Notes under the pieces: model-generated
The model's input: the letters and a program-made list of their open reading frames with translations, nothing else
What the model was told of the DNA's origin: nothing
Databases searched by the model: none
Shown here: in pieces, positions 1-11,349 of the stretch
Layout: every line of letters begins with the position of its first letter
Numbering within the stretch: position 1 is the first letter of the stretch
Assembly: GCA_051047955.1 (NCBI GenBank)
Contig: JBPGPT010000015.1
Location: forward strand, 186,001-250,000
Source: Cystobasidiomycetes sp. EMM_F5
Lineage: Eukaryota
Length of the DNA stretch: 64,000 nt
Direction of reading: 5' to 3'
Made by a program: the position numbers and the translations under genes

Positions 1-3000
1 ATTCGTCTAGCCGCTGCTGCCGGAGGTCGTCGCATTGCTTCTTGGCCGTGTCTCTAGCCAGAGTAATCTGCTCAAGAGCGAGGGCGCGCTTCAAGAACTC
101 CTTTTCACGCTTCTTATACTCTTTAAGGACTGCCATGTTTGGCGTGGCTTTACCAATCTCCTCCTCTAGGTACGCGATAGTTGCCTTCAATTCGTCAACG
201 TTGAATGCCTCCAAGTCCTGCTCAGAGAATGTGGCCAGCTCCTCGATCGGCTTTGGTTCCGCATCGACATCGGCTGCCTCGTTTTCATCATCGTCATCCT
301 CTTCGATCTCGTGCAACTCCAGCTTCTGCAGTTTGCGCACAACATCCTTAAGCAGCCCGTCATTCTCCGACAGCTTGCGTTTAGCCTTCTCCAAGTCCTG
401 TTCCAGCTGCGTCTCTCGCAAACGGAACTTGTTCATATCAGCTTGTTTCTCATCCAAGAGAGCCTTCAATTCGCCAAGCTCTTCACTCTTCTCCTCCAAG
501 AATGCAACCGCCTTTTCCACCTCGCGGCGAATAACGTCCAAGCCTGCACGCTTCTCGCGGTGCGTTTTATCGAGCGCAGCAACCTCTTCTTGCAGAATCT
601 CAAGGGCTTCTTCGTTCGAAGCAATTGCCCTTTCGAGTTTGGCAAGATCCTTTTCTGCCTTATGACATCCCACTTCCGCACGAGTAAGCTGGTCATTAGC
701 ATGATCCGACATTTCCTTGATGCCTTCCACCTTGACTTGCTGAGACCGCAAGCGAACACCTCCGACTTCGAGTATCTTGGCTTGTAAGGCCTGAATATCC
801 GTTTGAATGCGGTCTCGCTTTTCTTCCAATGACCACATCTCGTCTGTGAGCTTCTTGATGGTTTTGTCAAACGCGGCAATCTGCTGAGTATCATCCGCTT
901 GCGGTCTATTTTGCGATCTAGAGGGTTTCAAATTAGAGTCGATCAGACTGCCCCAGGTGCGTGTACGTACTCAAGCTCCTTGATGCGTCTTTTAGCTTCA
1001 TCCATCCGCTGTTTGTCAGCGCGCAACGCCATCTCGAGCTTCGATACTTGCAGTTCTAGATCAGGGAGTTTCCTTTTGAGCTCCTCCACCTCCTTCTCTT
1101 TATCGTGCTTGGCGATCGTGCATGTCGAAAGAGCGTCGTTGGCCTTGACAACATCTCGCTCGAGGCGTGCGGTGGCGTCAGGTGATACGTCCTCGTCTGC
1201 AGCAAATTTGGAGCTCATGCCACCTTTAGCAGGGCGAGCTCCGCCTCCACTCATAGTACCCGAAGTATCGATCAACTTCCCGTCTAGCGTAACAACACGC
1301 CATCGTTTCTGACCGAAGGCGATCCGATTAGCTTGCGTGAGGTCATTGGCGACGAGCGTGTTCTGCAAAACATGGTAGAATGCTGGAGCATACTTGGCAT
1401 CTTTCGGCGTGACCAGGTCAAACAGCCTCGGTGCGTTTTCGGGCGTGTCAATGCGAGCCAAATCCCGCTTCGCCAGCGCGTCCAAGCACAAAATAGTGGC
1501 GCGACCAAGTGTGTGACTGCGCAGATGATCCAAGCAGGCCTGGCCTGCGGCGACATTGTCGCATACCAGGTTGTCGAGTGCAGCGCAAGCTGTGGATATA
1601 GCAACATCATATTTGTCGTCAATTCGTCCAAGGCTACCCAAGCGGCCCTGCAGAGGAGCGATAGTTAGGGCAGTAGCGCATTATGCCGCAAACTTCATCA
1701 CTTACATGGAAACCGTTCAAGCGACCTTGGTCTCTCAGCTTGGTCAGACTCTGTAGTACATCCCCTCTGGATTGGCTGGCTTGCTGATTACTCTTGGCGT
1801 CCTCTGCCTTACTTCGGGCAGAGCCAGCCGCAGCCCGGAGTTTTTGGTCTTGAGCGTTCAATTTCTACACCAGCGAGGTGAGCTGAGTCTCCGTCATATA
1901 CTCAGCTGATCGAATGACGTACCTCTAGGTCTTTGGCGTGCGCTGCTAGGTCCTCCTTGATCGTTTGCTGCTCCTGTATTAGTTCTTGCATACGTGCAAC
2001 CTTGTCACCGTTTTCATTCTCAACCGTGTCCAGCGTCTGTTTCGCCTCTTGGATACCCCGCTGGATGTTCTCCGCTTTTTCCCGAAGCAGATTTCGCTGA
2101 TTCGTAGCGATATCGACTTCGCCCTTCTTCTGTGCGATCTTATCGAGCCATGGCTGAAGTTCGGCCTGCTTGACATCAATTTGTTGTGAAAATCCAGCAG
2201 TCTTATCCTTGAGCGAATCACAAATTTTCTCCAGCTCAGCTTCTTCCCGAGCGAGATTCACCTCGTGCTTTTCCAGCTCTGCCTTGAGCTTGACAATATC
2301 TTCGCTGTAGCTCTTGAAGGATGTTTTGGCTTCTGATCGAGCATGCGAATCGTCTGTTATGGCTTTTGTCGTCTTCTTTTGCTTGGCATTGGCGTGCTTT
2401 AGCTTTTCTTGTAGCTGAACATCCTCCTTCTCGAATGCAATCATTTGCTTGGACACTTCCTTAGTGTTCTTGTCCAACTCGGCATGGTCTGCAGCAAGAG
2501 CTTTGTAATCCGTCTCCAGCACCTCGACCTCGTTTCGAATGCCAGCTTGACTGTCCCGTTCTTTCTGTAGTTCCGCTGTTGCCTTGTCCTGTACTCTGCT
2601 TTGTGAGCACTTTGCTTTTTACAGGCTTTTCCACCCTACTCACCACGTGGCTCTGCGCGCCCGCAATGAGCCCAGTGTAACGCATGGCATACACTTGAAA
2701 CAGCTCATTGCGCCGCTTTGTAAGTTCATTCTGATCCTTCAAGTACCCATCAGCTTCCTTCTTGGCTGCTTCTAATGCTGCCTTCTCGCGTTCAACGAGT
2801 TTGACGCGGTTGGTCTTCTCTAGCCGATCCTCGTTCAGTCTGTCCACCTCGGCTTGACCTTGCTGTATTGGCTCTTTGTACTGTAGGTATTGCGGACGTC
2901 AACGGTCTTTCATTATTATGTCAAGTATACGCACCCGAGATGTCCCGATGATATCCTCAAGGTACTCGAGTAAACCATCTTCGTGCTCGTTCGGAGACAT

Positions 3001-4070
3001 CGGTTTCATCTGTGCGATGCTCTCGACTTCTCCTTGCAGGATGAGAAAGCGCTTGTGATCAAGATCAATGCCTCTTGCTTTCAACAACGTCTGGACTTCG
3101 CCATATGTAGCAGTTTTGCCGTTGATGGTGTATTTGGAGCTATTGTTGCGATAGGCTGTACGAGCTACTACCAGGGTGGACCCCGGCACCACTTCATACG
3201 CGTCAGGTCCGGGCTGGAGGTATGTAATCAGAACTATGACGAGGTGATTCAGATGGCTCTTAGACATACTAGATCGATAATTTCCCTGAACCAAATCTCC
3301 ACGCTGCATTGCGGTAGATCGTCCCGGCCTTCGGAGTTGTGAATCAGTTCACTGAGCTGGAAGGATACATTGTCACGGTTAATGCGTTACTTGAACATTG
3401 CCCAGCTTACTTTTGCCTGTCGCATCTTTGTAGCCTTGAAACCGAACACAAATAACAAAGCATCAATCGTGTTTGATTTCCCACTACCGTTTGGACCGAC
3501 GATTGAGGAGAAGGACTGAACATATGTATATAAACCATCAGCACTTCTCCCTCAAGCCGTCCAGTCTATTCTTCTGATGTTTACCTTGTGGAAAGGGCCG
3601 ATCACCTGTCGCCCTGCGTAGCTCTTAAAGTCGCATAAAACGAGCTTGTGGATGACGAGACGCTGCTTGGGAGTAGAGTCCTCCTCCGCTATTACGACTG
3701 GAGCCACTTTGGGAACGGCCACGCTGATCTTTGCTGGACTTGACATTGTTTCGGGCTCGTCAGGTACTGGCGTCGATGGACCGGGCGTTGAAGCGCGCGA
3801 AGAGGACGACGAAGACGCGTTGCTAGGTTCCTCCGCGTCACTAGAAGTACGGATAGGATGCTGCAGGCGCTGAGGAGCAGTCTCCACCTCTCCATCGCTA
3901 TCGGATTCTGACTGATCCGAATCTGGTTCCTCCTGCTTGACAGCTCTGCCCTTGCCCTTGCTAGACGTTTGCGGTACATGCTGCCGCTCCTCTGGGTCTT
4001 CATCACCGCTGCTCTCCACTACCTGCTTCTTGCTAGCAGGAGCAGCCTTCGACTTGGTAGGTCGTGCCAT
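1..4070 (-). CDS. SMC4: Condensin subunit SMC4 (multi-exon; 3' end runs off the window)
   Basis: N-terminal head (DFKSYAG...IGPFHK, Walker A GPNGSGKSN near 3475-3500, RFLILQGEVESIAQMKP, DGLLEYLEDIIGT), coiled coils and hinge (GRLGSLGRIDDKYDVAISTAC, RWRVVTLDGKLIDTSGTMSGGG). The ATG at 4070 gives MARPTKSK. Confidence 0.95.
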
Positions 4071-4183
4071 GTTTTGTTTTGATTTACGCGTGTTGGAGCT
4101 GACAGAAGACGGCAAAGTCACACCCTTCCAAGCGGGGAAACCGGGAACTGAACGAAACGCGTTCGTGATGACAACAACGAACA

Positions 4184-4538
4184 TGCCACATGTACACAGT
4201 ACATTAACTGCTTCAGATGTGGATGCTCCACCGCAGACGAAATGACCCTTCCTCGCTGCCACTGCCACTGCCTGATCATGACCGAGGCCAATGTTGACAT
4301 GGTCCGATATGCATCAGTGATACTGCGACGACATGGCACAACTGAGGCCACCCATAGCTGCTTTAGAACGCACTGACTGGCTTCAACAGCCAAAACCCCG
4401 AACTTTCTCCAGGATCTTGAGCTTGTTCTCAGGTGTCAGACGATGATATATGGAAGACGAGGCCGAGAGGGAAGAGAAGAGAGGGTTCTGTAGTATAGTT
4501 TAGTACTCCTCGTTGTGGTCGTGTTCGCTATTCCGAGG
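4184..4538 (+). repeat. Left arm of a ~350-bp inverted repeat (partner 7206-7556)
   Basis: The reverse complement aligns with 7206-7556 at roughly 90% by hand count. The core 4272-4379 vs 7367-7474 matches at 107/108. Confidence 0.95.
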
Positions 4539-4597
4539 TTAAATGCTGGATGACTACTGCTACATATTTAAAAGTGTACATCTTGCGCCGCTAGCCG

Positions 4598-5529
4598 TCA
4601 CGGCCTAGATTTCTTGACTGCTCTGGCCATGTCACTGCTGTTGTACAGAATATTTGCTTCGGAGGCGTGTTCTGGACGGGCCAGCTCGTAGCCAGGCTCA
4701 GCTTGTACCAGGCTTCGCCAATACTGCTCGAGCATGACGCCCGAAGTTGCCAGTCTCCAACCAATCGCGACTAGGAATTCGCGTTCAAGAGTGTTCATTT
4801 CAACCAACTCCACACCGCCGACCTTGGCATAACGCGAGTTTGTTGCGAAAGAGTCCGATAATGCTTTCGATCCGCAACATACTGCAGATATGAGGAAGCG
4901 GTGCACGGTGAGTGATGTAATGGTGAGGTAGGAACTGAGTTTATCGATATAGAAGAGGAGTATGACCAGTATACACGGATCCACGTTGATGAATGTCGTG
5001 ATTCTGGTTAGGTATGCCAAGGGCGTTATGGCTGGCGCGGCTTTTGAATGGAAGCGCGTTAGGGGACGACTATCGGAAAGGGTATCATTGTGCCGTATCA
5101 GTCGATCCAGCATTGCAGCTGTGTATTGAGCAGGATATAAGAGACTCTTCTACCGGCATGGCGCCATGCACTTACCGACTAAAGCTAGCACATCCCCCAT
5201 CTCACAGTGTTGGAAATGCAGAGGTACAAATCTGATGTCGTCTTCGATAACAGTTGGAATGATGCGTCTTCCAGGTGCGACTGTGACAGCACAATTTAGC
5301 CGAGTACCGCCAAAGATAGATGTCAAGCTTCGCTCTTACTGCGGGAAGAAGCAGCCGCAGCGGTGACAGTAGCTGCTGCATATTGGAGCGATTGTGTTGG
5401 AACGGAGCTAGCGTCTTGAGCTTCCTGTTCAGCTGCCGGATTGCCATCTTTTGTTGCAACCGTTTCTGGCGCTCCTGCGTGCGAAGGTGGTGCAGCTTCT
5501 ACCGCCAAGCTACCATTCTCCTCGAGCAT
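4598..5529 (-). CDS. PHO80/PREG-like cyclin (Pho85-type CDK partner), 3 exons
   Basis: MLDRLIRHND...LTRFHSKAAPAI...YLTRI...LTVHRFLI...GSKALSDSFATNSRYAKVGGV...EMNTLEREFL. Two GT-AG introns join upstream exons in frame from the ATG at 5529. Confidence 0.85.
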
Positions 5530-5773
5530 ATCCGGTGCATTGGCAGTCCAGCTCGACGCATGTTTCACGCAGTGCGTGCCCTACTTCTGCAGCACCAGTC
5601 GCACTCAATGCAAGCAAACTGGCTGCCGGCTTCGGGGTGTGATCGTTTCAGTCACGCCGAGCGCTCGCCTCGATTGGCAGGCAAACAGTCTGTGTGGGCG
5701 GGCTTTGTGCAAGCTTGACTTCACTCCACTGCCATATACCGACTTTGCAACTTCCTGGACTTCTGCTGCTATC

Positions 5774-7059
5774 ATGGCGGATTCTGCAAGCGCGTCACCG
5801 TCGACATCTGGGACAATAAAGCTCAAGCTCAAGCTCGGCAAGAGCCATTACACCGCAGCAGTGGCTCAAACACCTCCTGTTCTGTCTCCAGTCCCAGTCC
5901 ATCAACCGGCCATTACTCTTCCATCAGAGAGTAATGCATCTTCGCAGCCGCCAGCACAACCATCCATTAGTGGCAATTCAGATTCGACAACTCAGACACC
6001 CAACGCAGAGCTCACTAGTGCGGCTGACGATGCCGAGATGGTAGAGCACGACGAGTATCGAGACGAAGAATCTGTGCAGGATCTACTCTCTCTTTCCACC
6101 CCCACAACGCATATCGTCACGTCTCTGGACGCCCAGCAGACAGCAGAGCCTGTTCCGCACAGTAGCGTAGGCCATATCGTTCTTCCACCCGTCGCGCAAA
6201 ATAAGAAGAAGAAGAAGCCTCCCGCATCAGCGACACCTTCCACAAGCGACTTGAACGGTAACGGTAAAGGATGGCGCAAAGGTCTGAAAGGGAACCAGAA
6301 ACCAGAAGGTGCCTTTGCTTCAACATCAACGCTCCAAACGAAGCGGAAGCGAAATACTGGCAGTCTGGCCGAAGACGATCTAGCAAATGCCGAATTCGGA
6401 GACCCTTCAGACGAGTATATCCCACAGATGGTCGCGCCGGGTGGTCTAGCTACATCCGATAAATGGGCAAACGGCCTCCCAGGCGGTAACGAACAGAGCA
6501 GGGCTACTGCTGCCATGGCTAGTGCAGTCAATAAAGCCTTTCCCGTTGGAGCACCGCCAAAGACTGGCTCCGGTTTCCTGACTGCCATTCCGTTGGATAG
6601 GCGGACACCTTCGGTGAGGAAGTGGACCAAAACAAAGCGAGAGGTAGTAGGACCAAACGGTATTGCATATCTTCTTCCTGTATGGATGGGAGGTGAGCTA
6701 GAAACTACAAGCGCGGTCTTCGAGGCAAAAAGGCTGATGATCAAAACTTGCTGCATGTAGCCAACGAATCACCATATCTGGAGCATATGGCCACGCATCC
6801 ACGCGCCTTGCCCGTTGCAAAAGTGCCTACAGCCCTGACGCTCGCCGCAGAGGGTTCGGGTGATTTATCTGAATATGGAGCAGAGAGATCTGTCGAAATC
6901 AGCACCGGTGGAGTTCCGTCTGCATCCACCTCAGCACCTGCGAAAGGACGGGCTCGACCGGGTACAGGCGCAAAATCACGGCAGAAAAAATCTGCCTCGC
7001 GAGGCCCTGCCACGACGCTAATGCAAGATCGAGTGCATGTCCCCACTGTAACTCTGTAA
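5774..7059 (+). CDS. INO80 complex subunit Ies4-like low-complexity protein, 2 exons
   Basis: N-terminal IKLKLKL and C-terminal PLDRRTPSVRKWTKTKREVVGPNGIAYLLPVW resemble the Ies4 LDRSGxPxRKW...LPxW motif. One intron at about 6693-6760. Confidence 0.55.
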
Positions 7060-7205
7060 TATAGATGTTGATACTGTAGATGTACGGTTGATAGAATGTA
7101 TGCACGTATGTCGGGTGCTTTATCCCTTTTCCCATCTACAATCGAACTGACCGGCCAAAAAGCACGTCAAAAAAGTTGGCTCTGGCCGAAATCGAATCGA
7201 CGTCG

Positions 7206-7556
7206 CCTCGGAATCGCGAATACGACCACAACGAGGAGTACTAACCACTATACTACAGAACCCGCTCTTCTCCTCCCTCTCGGCCTCGTCTTTCATATAT
7301 CATTTTCTGACATCTGAGAACAAGCTCAAGATCCTGGAGAGCATTCGGGCTTCTGTCTGTTGAAGTCAGTCAGTGCGTTCTAAAGCAGCTATGGGTGGCC
7401 TCAGTTGTGCCATGTCGTCGCAGTATCACTGAAGCATATCGGACCATGTCAACATTGGCCTCGGTCATGATCAGCCTGAGGCAATAACGGCGAGGAAGGG
7501 TCATTTCGTCTGCAGTGTCGCATCCACACCTGAGGCATCTTGATCTACATGTGGCA
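7206..7556 (-). repeat. Right arm of a ~350-bp inverted repeat (partner 4184-4538)
   Basis: Direct reverse-complement match to 4184-4538. Confidence 0.95.
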
Positions 7557-8176
7557 GTCCAGCTATTGTGACCGCGATTGCGTCTGCATATATCCTTTTC
7601 CGCTTTGCTGACAGATTCCTGTTAACTCAGAACAACGTCGGCACGAACAAGGCTCTACCCGCGAGGCTGACGCTACAAACAGTAGCCAGAGTAGTAAAGA
7701 GGTTTGTAATGGCTGCAGTCGTAGAAGGGCGCCGCAAGCTATTATGTATCTCCGCATTGTGCAGATGCATGAAGGGATGGATATTCTTCAGACTTCCACT
7801 TCTTTGATAGTCACGCAGACGAGCAGGAGAGGAAAAGATGACCAACAAGGCAGCAAGCAACACGAAGAGGATGTACGCGTCAATTAGTTGAGGATCTCAG
7901 CTAAACAAAGCTGGAGAGAGGAGGGTGGACACATCTATTTTGGCAGTGTTTTTGGCATCATGCAGCAATGCCGGTCCAATTGTTGCTCTGCAGTGTTGGC
8001 CAGCTTCGCCCGTAATTACTGCTGGCAAATTAGCGGCGGAGGTCTGAGCGCGTCAATCGGAAAAAGCAGGCACGCGCCAGCCAGTTTACGGATTCAGGTT
8101 GCCAGCTACTCGACCACTGCACGGAACATACTGCATCTTTTGCACTCACACGTAACAAGCTACACATCGCTCAGTC

Positions 8177-9788
8177 ATGTCTTCGAAGCCCGTCGTTCTC
8201 AGTGAGTGCTTGCAATTTCCCATAGCATTCAGGCCAAAACGTGCCGCGAACGCGTTGACCGATTTAAATCAACACAAGCTGACATCTGTATCTGTTTACT
8301 CCAGTCGTATGTACCGACAGATTTCATTTGTGTATTGTAGCCTGCGCTGATCTCGAACCCCTTGATGCGTGCGAAAAAAGACCGGTGGAGCTGGCTACAT
8401 CGGTAAGTCGAGCCCGCCCATCAAATCAACCTATGTTTCTGACACACCGTGACTTTGAAGGATCGCACGTTGTCCTATGCTGCCTCCTCACTCGCAAGTT
8501 CCGCGTGGCCGTCATCGAAAAGTAAGCCGGATTTAACTTGGCTGAATAGGAGGCTGATGAGACGCAAACAGCTTTGGCAACTCCTACCCAGAAGCTCTTA
8601 CACGAGTGTCGCAAATTGCCGTCTCTGAACTCCCAGAGGGCGCGTCAGCTCAAGACAAGGAAGACGCGACGGCCAAAGTGTTCAATGGTGACCTGAAGAA
8701 GGCTTCCGATGTCCAGGCTATCTTTGACCACTACAACAAGGAGGGCTCTGGCGTATGGGGTGTCATCCATATCGCAGCTCTCAAAGCCGTCGGAGAATCC
8801 GCCGAGAAGCCAGTCGAATACTACCAAAACAATATCTCCGCTACCATTGGTCTGCTCGATGTGGGCATGACACTCGATTCAATGACATTACAGTCTGACT
8901 GATGGTGGTCCCTGCCACAGATCATGCGCTCAAACAACTGCTACAGAATGGTCTATTCATCTTCGGCTACCGTTTACGGCGCACCGAAAAACATCCCCAT
9001 CCCAGAATCAAGTCCTTTGGCGGGCGAGTCTGTGTATGGACGGACCAAGGTCATGGCAGAGCTCATACTCAAGGATATCTGTGACTCTGATCCAAAGTGG
9101 AGAGCTTTGGGTCTACGCTATTTCAACCCCGCTGGCGCGCACATCTCCGGATTGATTGGCGAAAACCCGCACGGCAAGCCAGGCAATCTTGTTCCCTTGC
9201 TTGCACAGATGGCGGTCGGCAAGTATGCTGAGCCAGGCCTCAAGGTCTTTGGCAACGACTACCCAACACCTGACGGTACTTGCGTCGTAAGTGTCAAGTT
9301 CCGGATGTCGATACTAAACTGACCTTTGTATCAAATTTCTCATAGCGTGATTACATTCACGTCATGGATCTTGCTCAAGGCCACATTCAAGCCATCGAAG
9401 CGCTAGACCGTGATGACATCTTCGAAAACAACACCACCACGTTCGGGTCCACCTTTGGCGGATCTGGCGGAAAGTACAAGGCTTACAACGTGAGTAAAAT
9501 ATAATGACAAATTGCTAGGTCACACTGTGTTGACCTTCGTTATGCACGCAGCTTGGAAAAGGCAAGGGCATGTCGGTCCTCAACATGATTGAAGCTATGC
9601 AAAAGGCCTCTGGCTTCCAATACAAGTATGAAATTGTCGGTCGCCGCACCGGCGATGTGCCAGACCTTACCGCAGATCCGGCATTGGCAGAGAGGGAGCT
9701 AGGATTCAAGGCAGCACGCTCCTTGGAGGAGATGTGCAGAGATCAGTGGAATTGGCAATCCAAGAACCCAGAAGGCTACGCCAAGTAG
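8177..9788 (+). CDS. GAL10: UDP-glucose 4-epimerase (GalE/Gal10 epimerase domain only), multi-exon
   Basis: Spliced N-terminus [19 protein letters not shown], then [55 protein letters not shown] and WQSKNPEGY. Confidence 0.93.
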
Positions 9789-10130
9789 ATCGATCTGCCT
9801 TTGGTAACCACGCAGTAGTCTTTAGTGTCTTCGAGTGCATACTCCAACTACTCGGCCTTGCCGCACGCTTTGCGTTATTAGAATTAGCTAGACGAGGCTC
9901 AACGCCTCTATGGAACTTACATTGTGCATGGTTTCGGGGTCGTCTTTCGTTTATCGTCCTGAAAACGAAACGACACGCCGATGCAAGTCGAGGCTTGATT
10001 TCCAGTCAAATGAGTAGCAGACTTGCATTTCGGTCCTATGGTATAACAACAAATCGCACTCTTGTCCAAAAGCTTGCACTGCAGCCGTTTGGCAAGTCCA
10101 GACGCGATAGTGTCCAAATCCAGCGATACT

Positions 10131-11061
10131 TCACTCGATGGTCTGCTTTTCCAACCCTTCTATCTGCCTATCCCGCATTCCTTCTTGCCATCGCATCAAT
10201 CGCGCACTCTCGTGTAGCTGAAAACCGAATATTCGCGGTCGGAAGCGTTCTGCTTTGACTGCTGCATTCGCGCCGCCTGGCAAGGCGCCACCATGCTGAC
10301 CAGCCCGCATATTCACATCTGACCCATTTCCGCCGTTGCCTCCAGCACTGCTTGTTGATCCACTGTCCCTGTTGCCTGTGCCTCCTGCTCCAGTACTTCC
10401 CGAAGGTGCAGTATTCGCAAAGCCCAGACTCGCACTTGTTGCTCCTCCCGGAACAGACTTTGAAACGATGAGATTCGGGTACACCATCAACAGCATGTGT
10501 GGAAAGGTCGAACCAAAGTATGCACCGTCAATCTGACCGTGGCGTGTCGATTTAGGAGAGTATATGTCTTCGCAGCGCTGGCAGTATAGCTTGACTGCCT
10601 TCTGATATGGTATGTCGGATAGACCAACGGGAAGTAGTGGTTGACCGTAGCACAACACGCGCGGACACCGCCCAAAATCAAACTTCTTGTACTTTTCGAC
10701 CATCTTGCCCAGTCCTCGGGTTGTAATGATAAATCTGGCGTGTATCAAGCCGTAGAGATGTCTGGCAGATGCTTCAATCTGGTCTCGCATCTCGTCTCCA
10801 GGTTCTTCCTCTGTCAAAGCAGAGTTTACGGTCAGGGTATAGAACTGCTACATCCTCTTGGTACTCACCTAGCGTATCTGTAATCATGTCCAACGCTTGC
10901 GTATAGTGATGAACCTCGCCATTGAGACCCGTCAGGTTGAAACGGTCGAGTATGTATTCTTCGTCGACCTCGCAAAAGTACTCGTTGCCTTTCGTCGAGA
11001 GAAACCAGCTGATCCAGGTATTTGAATACTCGGATTCCGAGCCAGTGCTCAGGTCATCCAT
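10131..11061 (-). CDS. Casein kinase II regulatory beta subunit, 2 exons
   Basis: WISWF...[41 protein letters not shown]...[12 protein letters not shown] zinc ribbon, [12 protein letters not shown] and RPRIFGF. Confidence 0.95.
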
Positions 11062-11349
11062 GTTGGCACCACGCGCCCGGTACGATGTAGCTCGCCCGCC
11101 GGACGTTGCAGCAGAGACGCAGCCTCAATTGCAGTTTGATGGGCTTGAGCGAGACCGTGTTGGACGCAATATCGACTTGGCCAAATGTCGCTGATCGAGG
11201 TCTTCAATAGACAAACCTGTCAAAGGCACATGATGCATGCATGATTTCTAAGTTGCCGCTCTATTGTTCGCTAGACCTCTTCGCCTACCACAATTATTGA
11301 CGCCGACTTTGCGTCACAGACTGACTGTCAGCCAGAACATCGACCACAC

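Noticed and set aside
5191..5200. Suspected frameshift in the cyclin at the C-run
   Set aside because: The run is five bases, which keeps EMGDVLALV in frame.
4184..7556. Interpreting the inverted-repeat cassette as an autonomous DNA transposon
   Set aside because: The enclosed genes are housekeeping-type, and no transposase ORF or flanking target-site duplication could be seen.
8177..9788. GAL gene cluster or epimerase-mutarotase fusion
   Set aside because: There are no GAL1/GAL7-like neighbours and no mutarotase domain. A stand-alone epimerase is ordinary.
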